Below, one piece after another: positions 1 to 8,073 of a DNA stretch of 64,000 nucleotides. A model generated the notes under the pieces. That model was given only the letters and a program-made list of their open reading frames with translations. It was not told where the DNA came from and did not search any database. Numbering within the stretch: position 1 is the stretch's first letter; each line of letters begins with the position of its first letter. The DNA comes from an uncultured Christensenella sp. (GTDB lineage Bacteria > Bacillota > Clostridia > Christensenellales > UBA1242): assembly GCA_905195085.1 (NCBI GenBank), contig CAJJUK010000002.1:19569-83568 (forward strand), read 5' to 3'. A program made the position numbers and the translations under genes.

Positions 1-1737
1 GATCTTGCATCACGCCCATTGAGAGCAGTAAGAGCGTCTCTTTGTCTTTGATAACTTTGAATATCAGCAAGTCCTTCTTGTGCTCGTTTTTCCTGTTTCG
101 CTTGTTTGCGTTCTTCAATCCTATTCCCAATGGCTTTTGCCCCACGATACATATTTACTGGTGCTTTAATCACTCCCTTTGCAGCACCAACTGTCATCTT
201 TGTTGCGGTTCCTGCAACAGCACCGACCTCTTCGGCAATTCCTTTTCCCGTTTCATTCGCGTCTGCACCACCAATAAGTCCAGATAACGTTGCGATGAAG
301 GCTTTGATAGTAACCAAACCAACAATGATGACCAACGATTGAGCAAAGTAATCTGCAATTGCAATATTAAAGAAATCTATTTCATTCATGTACGGCAATA
401 TTAGGAAGAATATATTCATGCCGACGACGGCTCCATAGGCCATCAAAACCTGCTTCATGAAGTTTTCTCGCCAACTGCTTCCAGCCTTTCCACCATCAAG
501 TGGAGCAAGACCAAACAATGGTGGTGCAACAAGGAACAAACCAATACACATAAACAGTCTTGCAATAAGCCCCATTATGATGTTAATAAACAATGTTGCG
601 CATACTATACAACCAGCAAAACCAACAATGAAGTTGAAACTCCACAAGTCATAGTAATACCAAATTAATCCAACATTAAATTTTGAAAAGGCACTGGCAT
701 TTTGAGTTAGGAAATTCGTAAAATATTTAAAACTAGTCCAAACCCCATTTGAATCACTAGAATCAGTTATATATTTCAGATCCATAGTATAATTTAAATG
801 CAAGTTACAAGCAAATGCTGTATCAATCATATCTGCACCCAATTCAGCATCATTTGCAGCCGCTGCATTAGCAAAAAGCTCATCTTCGCCAAAACCTGAC
901 ATTGCAGACATAGGCGTACCAATTCTGACACGATTGGCATTATAAGCCGCCACCTTAAACAGTGAACCAGAAAATGTTTGATTACTTGAACCGATTAAAG
1001 CAATCTCTTTTGCATCAGCATATAACCAAGTTGCATCAGCATTTGATCCATATGCAATTGCTCCACCAAAACCAAAAATATCATAATATATGTATGTCTT
1101 ATTCTTAGTATTAGACTCTTCTATTCCCGTTGCCGTTTTGGACGTGTCAACCTGCCTCAATAATGAAACCTTGTCACCATACATTGCAACAATATTTCCA
1201 CTTGTTATCGATGTCATGGAATCCAAAGCAGTCAAAATTGCCTGTGAAAGATAGAGCCCCAAAACAACTATGATTGGAACTGCAACCATATTTAAAACAG
1301 CCTTACCTGCTGTGTAAACATATTGCATTGGTCCCTTTGCAGCCTTATCATCATAACTGTAGTGACTTTTAACAATTGCAACAATTGTGCTTATAAAACA
1401 AATAATAATCCCAAAAACAATGAATGCCCAGAAAACTGTTGAAAGAGCAGAATATTCAAACCCATTTGGATTTATTCCCAATATGCCAGTAATAAAGTTT
1501 GTTACCAAATCACCCGCCACAGCTTCTCCATCAACGTAATAAACATCAAGCCCAGCGAGTTTACGGAAGAAAAGTTGCAAGACATCAAGCACACATGCAA
1601 GTGATGCATAAAGCAAATAAACAACCTTTGGGATAAGATCAAAAAGCGACTTAAAGAAATCGCCTATCCAATCAAAGATTCCCAACAGCATGGAAGTTGC
1701 CAAGATTCAACCCTCCTCTTCCTTTTATTTTTCTCAT
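1..1737 (-). CDS. Polytopic membrane protein of unknown function; 3' end runs off the left window edge (absent from the supplied ORF track because it has no in-window stop)
   Basis: Hand translation of the minus strand from the ATG at 1737 (MRKIKGRGGLNLGNFHAVGIFDWIGDFFKSLFDLIPKVVYLLYASLACVLDVLQLFF...) stays open for 579 codons to position 1 (...RIEERKQAKQEKRAQEGLADIQSYQRQRDALTALNGRDARS). It has several long hydrophobic segments (STVFWAFIVFGIIICFISTIVAIV; FNFIVGFAGCIVCATLFINIIMGLIARLFMCIGLFLVAPPLFGL; MNIFFLILPYM; SLVIIVGLVTIKAFIATL), a large hydrophilic loop and a charged C-terminal tail. The start is uncertain: there is no clear SD before 1737, and the in-frame TTG at 1710 directly abuts GGAGGG. 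Confidence 0.7.
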
Positions 1738-1851
1738 TATAACAAATAAAATTACAATTTACAACAATTTTCTAAAAAAATAAACAAAAATTTAATTATT
1801 GGTCATTGTCTATCATCTAACAAACCATCTTAATCAATTATAAAAGTTGTG

Positions 1852-1880
1852 TTGTATTTTTTTGATAAAACAATTATAAT
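1852..1880 (+). promoter_or_regulatory. Putative sigma-70-type promoter of uvrC with leaderless geometry
   Basis: TTGTAT (1852-1857), a 17-nt spacer, then TATAAT (1875-1880). Only 6 nt (atttgc) separate the -10 box from the uvrC ATG at 1887, and no SD is present. Confidence 0.35.
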
Positions 1881-1886
1881 ATTTGC

Positions 1887-3704
1887 ATGAATGATAAAAT
1901 CAGACAAAAACTTAAAACACTTACCACAAAGCCAGGCGTTTATGTAATGCGAAACAAAAGTGGCGAAATCATCTATATTGGAAAGGCCAAAAATCTAAAG
2001 AATCGTGTCAGCCAATATTTTCGCAATTCTCCAAAGCCTAGCAAGGTTCAAGCAATGGTCAACAATGTTGATGATTTTGACTATTTTATTGCCGTATCAG
2101 AACTTGACGCATTGGGACTTGAGAGCAATTTAATCCACAAGCATCAACCTTTTTACAACATTTTGTTAAAAGATGGAAAAGCCTTTCCATATATCAAAAT
2201 CGACCTTAAAGAAGATTTTCCTCGCCTTGAAATTGTTCGTAAAGTCAAAAAAAATGATGGCTGTAAATATTTTGGACCATATATTGCAGGAATCGATCCA
2301 AGAGAAATTTTAAAAACAATCAACATGGCCTTTAAAATTAGAACCTGCAAATTAAAAATCAATTCATCAACGCATGCGAAGAGAGAGTGTCTTAACTATT
2401 CTCTCGGACTTTGTCTTGCACCATGCACAGGCAGAACAACAAAGGAAGAATATGGTGAAGAGATCAAAAAAGTCGTTCGGTTCCTTAATGGCAATGATGA
2501 TGAAATAGAAAAAGTCTTAAAAGACAAAATGGGAATTGCATCAAACCTTCAGAACTTTGAAAGAGCAATTGAACTTAGGGAAAGCTTGAAAATGGTGGCA
2601 AAACTTAAACAAAGAGTTGTTGCCAATCTTCCAAAAGATGTCAATAAAGATGTCTTTGCCTATTACACTGACGGCATTAGTGGTGTTATCAATGTCATGG
2701 TTGTAAGAGGCGGAAAAATTTTGGGAATTGTAAATTTTGAGCAAAGCGATGCCGAACTAGAAGAATCAGACACCCTTTTCAACTTCATAAGTCAATATTA
2801 TGGAAATATGCTTGTTCCAAATGAAATTATCGTAAGCCACCCTATTGACGAAGAACTTTTAAAAAATTTCCTTGAAAAAAATGTTAAGGTGATTTCGAAT
2901 CCTCATGGAGTCAACTTGACTTTGCTTAAAATGGCAAAAGAAAATGCAGAAGAATATTTGGAAAAGAAAATGGAAAAAGAAAAAATTGCCTACAACAGCA
3001 GTATTGGAGCAATGAAAATGCTTCAAGAAAAACTTTCCCTTAAGAATTTGCCTAAAAGAATTGAATGTTATGACATTTCACACATCAGCGGAACTAATAA
3101 AGTGGCTTCAATGGTAGTTTTTGTCAACGGAACTGCAAAGAAGAAAGAATACAGAAAATTCAAAATTAAAACTGTTGAAGGCAATGATGATTTTGCTTCA
3201 TTGAAAGAAACCTTATCAAGAAGATTGCAAAGATACAAAGATCAAAACGGTGAAAGTTTCAAAGAAAAACCAGATTTGCTTGTTATAGATGGTGGAAAAG
3301 GACAACTTTCTTCGTGTTATGAAATTTTAAGATCTTTTAACCTTGAAAAAGAAATTGACATTATCTCTCTTGCAAAAAAGTTGGAAGAAGTTTACACTGT
3401 CCACAGCAACTTGCCAGTTATCCTAAAATATGGCAGTGCAGAATTGAAATTATTGCAAAGAGTGAGAGACGAGGCACACAGATTTGCCATAACCTTCCAT
3501 AGACAAATACGAACCAATGCTCAAACACATTTGGAACTTGAAGAAATCAAAGGACTTGGAAAAGTTAAAATCAATGCTTTGCTTAAAGCATTTGGCTCAA
3601 CTGAAAACATCAAAAATGCAAGCATAGAGGAACTATGTTTGGTTAAGGGAATTCACGAAGCTCTTGCACATGATATTAAAAAATTTTTTGACAATAAAAA
3701 ATAG
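1887..3704 (+). CDS. uvrC: Excinuclease ABC subunit C (UvrC)
   Basis: 605 aa. N-terminal GIY-YIG motif (KPGVYVMRNKSGEIIYIGKAKNLKNRVSQYF), central UvrC/RNase H-like region and a C-terminal helix-hairpin-helix region (LEEIKGLGKVKINALLKAFGS). Typical UvrC length. Confidence 0.97.
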   Translation: MNDKIRQKLKTLTTKPGVYVMRNKSGEIIYIGKAKNLKNRVSQYFRNSPKPSKVQAMVNNVDDFDYFIAVSELDALGLESNLIHKHQPFYNILLKDGKAFPYIKIDLKEDFPRLEIVRKVKKNDGCKYFGPYIAGIDPREILKTINMAFKIRTCKLKINSSTHAKRECLNYSLGLCLAPCTGRTTKEEYGEEIKKVVRFLNGNDDEIEKVLKDKMGIASNLQNFERAIELRESLKMVAKLKQRVVANLPKDVNKDVFAYYTDGISGVINVMVVRGGKILGIVNFEQSDAELEESDTLFNFISQYYGNMLVPNEIIVSHPIDEELLKNFLEKNVKVISNPHGVNLTLLKMAKENAEEYLEKKMEKEKIAYNSSIGAMKMLQEKLSLKNLPKRIECYDISHISGTNKVASMVVFVNGTAKKKEYRKFKIKTVEGNDDFASLKETLSRRLQRYKDQNGESFKEKPDLLVIDGGKGQLSSCYEILRSFNLEKEIDIISLAKKLEEVYTVHSNLPVILKYGSAELKLLQRVRDEAHRFAITFHRQIRTNAQTHLELEEIKGLGKVKINALLKAFGSTENIKNASIEELCLVKGIHEALAHDIKKFFDNKK

Positions 3705-3715
3705 AGAATTTATCT

Positions 3716-3961
3716 CTATTTTTCTTTCTTTTCGTCACTATCTTTGTTGCTTTCGCCTCTGACAGCATACGCAACACCGAGCCCTGTCAAAACAACTCCA
3801 GACAACATTGCAACAATGTATCCGATGTTGCTAAGCGCTGTTGCCAACTCAGTTCCATTGAAGCCAGTGCCCCAATTTATTCCTTGCAAAATGCTTCCAA
3901 CCAACACCATTGAAAGCCCGATTGACAAGATGATTATTGTTGTCATAATAACTTTTTTCAT
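3716..3961 (-). CDS. Small membrane protein (2 predicted TM helices), unknown function
   Basis: 81 aa. Strong SD (AAGAGGAGGAATTA then ATG) read on the minus strand. Two hydrophobic helices (IMTTIIILSIGLSMVLVGSIL; IGYIVAMLSGVVLTGLGVAYAV) and a charged tail. Confidence 0.7.
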   Translation of the reverse strand: MKKVIMTTIIILSIGLSMVLVGSILQGINWGTGFNGTELATALSNIGYIVAMLSGVVLTGLGVAYAVRGESNKDSDEKKEK

Positions 3962-4077
3962 AATTCCTCCTCTTTATATAATTATAAAGGGTCTTGTCGA
4001 ATTATGTCAAATGCAATTCAATATTCACCAGCAAATCATAAAAATTTATATAACTTTTCTCTTTTTATAAAAAACAA

Positions 4078-4106
4078 TTGAAATTTTAAAAAAAATATGA
4101 TATTAT
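4078..4106 (+). promoter_or_regulatory. Putative promoter of the tRNA-Arg gene
   Basis: TTGAAA (4078-4083), a 17-nt spacer ending in TGa (extended -10), then TATTAT (4101-4106), about 20 nt upstream of the tRNA 5' end. Confidence 0.45.
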
Positions 4107-4127
4107 TAATAGCGTCATCAAAATTTT

Positions 4128-4204
4128 GCACTCGTAGCTCAGCTGGATAGAGCGTTCGTCTACGGAACGAAAGGTCTTGGGTTCGAATCCCCACGAGTGC
4201 ACCA
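4128..4204 (+). tRNA. tRNA-Arg (anticodon ACG), CCA end encoded
   Basis: The 77-nt cloverleaf was folded by hand. Acceptor GCACTCG/CGAGTGC, D stem GCTC/GAGC, anticodon stem TTCGT/ACGAA with loop CTACGGA (anticodon ACG). T arm TTGGG-TTCGAAT-CCCCA has one U-C mismatch. Discriminator A followed by CCA. Confidence 0.9.
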
Positions 4205-4270
4205 AAACAACTTTTTTATTGTAATTTTATGCAAAAAAGTTATATGAAAACTTATAATTATCAATAAAAC

Positions 4271-4300
4271 AAAAAAACAGGAATCACAATCCTGTTTTTT
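4271..4300. terminator. Bidirectional rho-independent terminator (tRNA on +, GNAT gene on -)
   Basis: A-run, stem ACAGGA (4277-4282), loop atcacaa, stem TCCTGT (4290-4295), T-run. Lies between convergent genes. Confidence 0.6.
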
Positions 4301-4308
4301 CCTTTACA

Positions 4309-4965
4309 CTAACTACAAGTTTCATCTAGAGATCTTTCTAAGACTTTGGCTCTTTTTTTGCTTCCAGGCAAAAAACTGAATCTTGGTGTTAACAAGTTCT
4401 CTTGTATTTTATCATCAATAACTTCAGATAAGGAATTAATTTTTTTACTGAATTTTAAGTGAGTCTTAATCAATGTGTTCTTGATATATCCATAATTTGT
4501 GATTTGTCTATAACCAAGTGATTTATACCAATCTCCTACATTTGCTTTGGTATTTGCAAGAACAGAAATTTGGTCAACACCTTCTTTTTTCATTTCATGT
4601 TCAATGAATTTTACCAGTTGTGTTCCAATTCCTGAACCCCTGTAAGTACTATCAACTCTCACACGAATCAAGTTTGCAAATTTAAGCCCACCCTTTTTCT
4701 GAATGTCATACATTGCAGAACCACATTCTTTCAATTCAACACCATCATAAACTTTGAATCTTCCATTTTCATGGCACATGAAATAAGTGTCTCCTTCTTT
4801 GTTCTGTATGACTCTGATGACGCCATCCTTGTGTTGTTTCCTCAACTTAGCCAAATTTAGAATAATTGTTTTTGCTAATGTTTTGTCAGTAATTTTTTTC
4901 ATTTTATTTTGAAATTCATCTCCTTTTACGGCGGATATTATAGCACACTTTTTATATTTTTGCAA
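4309..4965 (-). CDS. GNAT-family N-acetyltransferase
   Basis: 218 aa. Acetyl-CoA binding motif region RVRVDSTYRGSGIGTQLVKFIEHEMKKEGVDQISVLAN...WYKSLGY. The track start at 4965 is a TTG preceded by AAGGGGGG. An internal ATG at 4902 is an alternative start. Confidence 0.8.
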   Translation of the reverse strand: MQKYKKCAIISAVKGDEFQNKMKKITDKTLAKTIILNLAKLRKQHKDGVIRVIQNKEGDTYFMCHENGRFKVYDGVELKECGSAMYDIQKKGGLKFANLIRVRVDSTYRGSGIGTQLVKFIEHEMKKEGVDQISVLANTKANVGDWYKSLGYRQITNYGYIKNTLIKTHLKFSKKINSLSEVIDDKIQENLLTPRFSFLPGSKKRAKVLERSLDETCS

Positions 4966-4981
4966 TACCCCCCTTGTGGAA

Positions 4982-5008
4982 CAAAAAAAACAGGAGCATC
5001 TCCTGTCT
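4982..5008 (-). terminator. Rho-independent terminator after the SufBD-family gene
   Basis: Stem ACAGGAG (4990-4996) / CTCCTGT (5000-5006). On the minus strand it is followed by a T-run (plus-strand A-run 4982-4990). The loop is short (3 nt). Confidence 0.5.
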
Positions 5009-5010
5009 TT

Positions 5011-5937
5011 TTATTTAAGAAATCCCTTGATGATTTGAGCTTGTGCTTCTTCTTCTGAAAGTCCCAGTGTTTGCAATTTGACAATTTGGTCTCCAGCAAT
5101 CTTTCCAATTGCCGCTTCATGAATGAGTGTTGCATTAATGTTTTGTGCAACAATTTTTGGGACACTTTCAATTTGTGCTTTATCCAAAATGATGCCATCA
5201 CATTCAACATGTCCAAAGCACTCATTCTGTCCTTTAATGTTTGAAATGAATTTTTGCTTGGATTTGTCTTTTGCAACACTTCTGCTTATCACTTCAACAC
5301 TAGAATTTTTTCCTTTCAAAACTACATTAAAGACCGTTTTGGCAACTTGCTTTTCACTTGTCAAAATTTTCTCTTTGATTATCAATTTTGTGTCATCATC
5401 AAGATAGGCATTCGTTTTCCTGTCAGAATATGAAACTCCACCAAGTTGAATGGTTTCCATTTCAAATTCACTTCCATTCTTCATGAAAATTTCAGTTGTT
5501 GGATTTAAAATTTTCTCACCCTGATTATTTCCAATTCCCAAATGCTTTTCAATGTATTTAACTTTGCAGTTTTCTTCCAAGTGGAATGTGTGAATTCCAT
5601 CATGTTCACTCCGTTTACCACTTGGGTTGTGAATTCCACAGCCAGCCACAATGAAAACTTCAGCACCTTTCCCAACATAGAAATCATTATAAACAAGGTC
5701 ATTGAAATCTCCAACTGTTATGATGACCGGAATGTGAACACTTTTGTTTTTGACACCTTCCTTGATTATGATGTCAATTCCACTTTTATCTTTCTTTGGA
5801 AGAATCGTGACTTCTTCATCTGATTTTCTGTCAACACTTTGTCCGTTTTTTCTTATATTAAAACTCCCTTGTGGAACAGAATGCATATCAGCAACCTGTT
5901 TCAAGAGGTCTTTATCAATTTGAGTTAACTTAGTCAT
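5011..5937 (-). CDS. SufB/SufD-family Fe-S cluster assembly protein (short form)
   Basis: 308 aa. C-terminal signature typical of SufB/SufD (ATLIHEAAIGKIAGDQIVKLQTLGLSEEEAQAQIIKGFL). It overlaps the upstream SufC-like ATPase gene by 8 nt, suggesting translational coupling. Confidence 0.85.
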   Translation of the reverse strand: MTKLTQIDKDLLKQVADMHSVPQGSFNIRKNGQSVDRKSDEEVTILPKKDKSGIDIIIKEGVKNKSVHIPVIITVGDFNDLVYNDFYVGKGAEVFIVAGCGIHNPSGKRSEHDGIHTFHLEENCKVKYIEKHLGIGNNQGEKILNPTTEIFMKNGSEFEMETIQLGGVSYSDRKTNAYLDDDTKLIIKEKILTSEKQVAKTVFNVVLKGKNSSVEVISRSVAKDKSKQKFISNIKGQNECFGHVECDGIILDKAQIESVPKIVAQNINATLIHEAAIGKIAGDQIVKLQTLGLSEEEAQAQIIKGFLK

Positions 5938-6652
5938 TTATTAGCCCTCCTAATTTTCTGCATTTTGGACTATTAAGAAGTGGAAGCATATCTTTTTTCT
6001 TTCCGATGACAGCATCTTTTGTGCTGTTTAAAAGCAAAATATAATCGGCATTATCAATCAACTTCTTTTGATGACTTACGATGATGACGGTTTTGTTTTT
6101 AAGCTCTTTGAAAATATCCACAAGACTGTCAAAACTCCAAAGGTCAATGCCTGCCTCTGGCTCATCAAACAAAAGCACATCGCCACCTTTTGCAAGAGCG
6201 ATTGCAAGTTCAATTCTTTTGAGTTCTCCACCTGACAAACGATCGTCAAGTTCGCGATCAATATAATCCTTTGCACAAAGTCCAACTTTTGCAAGAAACT
6301 CGCAAGCATCCGGAATGTTTGTGCTGGATTTGCTTGCCAAATTCAACAAATCTCTCACAGTCAATCCTTTGAATTTAACCGGTTGTTGAAAAGCAATTGT
6401 AATGCCCAAATTTGCTCTTTCATCAACTGAAAGGGAATTTATATTTTTTCCTCCAAACAAGATTTCTCCACTTGTTGGTTGAATCACTCCCATAATCAAC
6501 TTGATAAGTGTAGATTTCCCGCTCCCATTATGCCCAGTAATGATTGTGACCTTGTTTTTTGGAAAATCCAAACTTAAATCTTTGATAATATATTTTTCTT
6601 TGCCAGTTTCCTTGTCCAAAACCCTGTAGCTGACATTTTTAAGTTTAATCAT
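5930..6652 (-). CDS. SufC-like ABC ATPase
   Basis: 240 aa. Walker A GHNGSGKST, signature LSGGELKR, Walker B VLLFDEPEAGIDL. Size and motifs resemble SufC, and it is paired with the SufBD gene. Confidence 0.88.
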   Translation of the reverse strand: MIKLKNVSYRVLDKETGKEKYIIKDLSLDFPKNKVTIITGHNGSGKSTLIKLIMGVIQPTSGEILFGGKNINSLSVDERANLGITIAFQQPVKFKGLTVRDLLNLASKSSTNIPDACEFLAKVGLCAKDYIDRELDDRLSGGELKRIELAIALAKGGDVLLFDEPEAGIDLWSFDSLVDIFKELKNKTVIIVSHQKKLIDNADYILLLNSTKDAVIGKKKDMLPLLNSPKCRKLGGLIND

Positions 6653-6725
6653 TTTATCTCCTTATTGCTCTTTTATTATAAACTTTTTGTGGTCTTTTGT
6701 CCATAAATTATCATGAAATATTGTC

Positions 6726-6754
6726 TTGACTTGACATCAATATCATGATAAACT
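6726..6754 (+). promoter_or_regulatory. Putative promoter of the LRR/transglutaminase-like gene
   Basis: TTGACT (6726-6731), a 17-nt spacer ending TGa, then TAAACT (6749-6754). An SD GGAGG lies 4 nt before the ATG at 6774. Confidence 0.45.
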
Positions 6755-6773
6755 GAAGATATATGGAGGATTT

Positions 6774-8015
6774 ATGAATTCCGTGGATCTAGATTTGAAA
6801 CTTGGAACCGCAGTGCGAAGCTTTTTGAACAAAAAATTTAAAGGCAAAAACGCACCACCAAAAGTCCCTAATGCCTATAATTACAACCAAACTTTTTCTC
6901 AAGAAGAATTGGAAGCTGTCACAGACTTGCAACTGATTGATTTTCAAAATTTTTCAGAGCTTTCTTTATTTCCAAATTTAAAAAATTTGACAATCTCAAC
7001 ATCAAAAAACCTAAAACTAAGTGAACAAGACATAGAAACTTTGAAAAAAATTACCACACTCGAAAGTTTGTCAATCAACGGGTATAGCGGTTTCAAGACA
7101 ATTGACTGCCATGACTTCAGCACAAAACTCTACTCACTTTCCCTTACCAATTGTCCGGATTTGGAAAGAGTAGAAAATCTCAATGCCAATATTGATTTCT
7201 TTAAATGCGTTGGGAATTATTCAATAAAAAATGTTCAAGAAATAGTATCCAACACAATTCACAACAGAGATTTCATAACCGACTATGTTCTTGATGTTTC
7301 CTATGCCCCTGCATTTTTTAAGAGATTGAAGTCTCTGGAAGGACGCATAAGACCTGAGGCCCTCGAATTGATGAAGTTGAATATCCGATTTGGAGAAGAA
7401 ATATCAAGGAAAATTCATGTTCATGATTTCAATGTTATCAACGCAATACAAAAGAAAACAGAAGAAATTTCCTCAAGAATCATTTCTCCACAAGACGACG
7501 AATTGACCAAATTTTCAAACTTATATCTTTGGGTCTGCAAAAATGTAAAATACGACTTTGACGGATTGGAACATTCTCACAGAATGGCAAGTTCCAATGG
7601 TCTGACCCAGGGTGAAAAGATGGGAACAAACAATTATCTCAACGGCCTGTTGTATGGAAAATGTGTATGTGAAGGTTTCTCAAAAACACTGCAATATCTC
7701 TGTGCTTACAACAACATTCCAACAAATCTTGTTTTGTGTCATGCAGGCAATGAACTTCCAGACAATGTATTTGATCACTCAATTTTGCAATATGAAGAAC
7801 ATGGAAAAGCCCGTTTTTGTGATATAACATGGGACGCCATGGCTTATCAAAAAGGTCAAAAAGACTTTAGATATTTTCTGCTTTCTAAAGAAGAAATGTC
7901 AAAAGATCACAAACTTATTACATCAACCAGGCCTTTGGCGTCTGCATCAGAAATTGATGGTGCGACAAAAACAACTTTGATTACAAAAGCAGAGAATCGA
8001 TTTTTATCAGACTAA
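6774..8015 (+). CDS. Leucine-rich-repeat protein with C-terminal transglutaminase-like cysteine protease core
   Basis: 413 aa. N-terminal half has LRR-like periodicity (LSLFPNLKNLTISTSKNLKL...LTNCPDLERVENL). C-terminal half carries a Cys-His-Asp arrangement typical of transglutaminase-like cores (GKCVCEGFSKTL...FDHSILQYEE...FCDITWDA). No N-terminal signal peptide is visible. Confidence 0.72.
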   Translation: MNSVDLDLKLGTAVRSFLNKKFKGKNAPPKVPNAYNYNQTFSQEELEAVTDLQLIDFQNFSELSLFPNLKNLTISTSKNLKLSEQDIETLKKITTLESLSINGYSGFKTIDCHDFSTKLYSLSLTNCPDLERVENLNANIDFFKCVGNYSIKNVQEIVSNTIHNRDFITDYVLDVSYAPAFFKRLKSLEGRIRPEALELMKLNIRFGEEISRKIHVHDFNVINAIQKKTEEISSRIISPQDDELTKFSNLYLWVCKNVKYDFDGLEHSHRMASSNGLTQGEKMGTNNYLNGLLYGKCVCEGFSKTLQYLCAYNNIPTNLVLCHAGNELPDNVFDHSILQYEEHGKARFCDITWDAMAYQKGQKDFRYFLLSKEEMSKDHKLITSTRPLASASEIDGATKTTLITKAENRFLSD

Positions 8016-8022
8016 ATAAAAC

Positions 8023-8056
8023 AAAAAAAGGTGTGAAAGTTTCACATCTTTTTTTA
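8023..8056. terminator. Bidirectional terminator between convergent genes
   Basis: A-run, imperfect hairpin AAGGTGTGAA/TTCACATCTT, T-run. Confidence 0.5.
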
Positions 8057-8073
8057 TTTTTGGAACTCAGCAA

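Noticed and set aside
42-654. Three short plus-strand track ORFs at the left edge (42-287, 106-342, 457-654)
   Set aside because: All lie antisense to the 579-codon minus-strand ORF, which is open across the entire region.
4938-5279. 113-aa minus-strand ORF overlapping the 3' part of the SufBD-family gene
   Set aside because: It is in a different frame of the same strand as a gene with the conserved SufB/SufD C-terminal signature, and it spans the terminator. It has no independent support.
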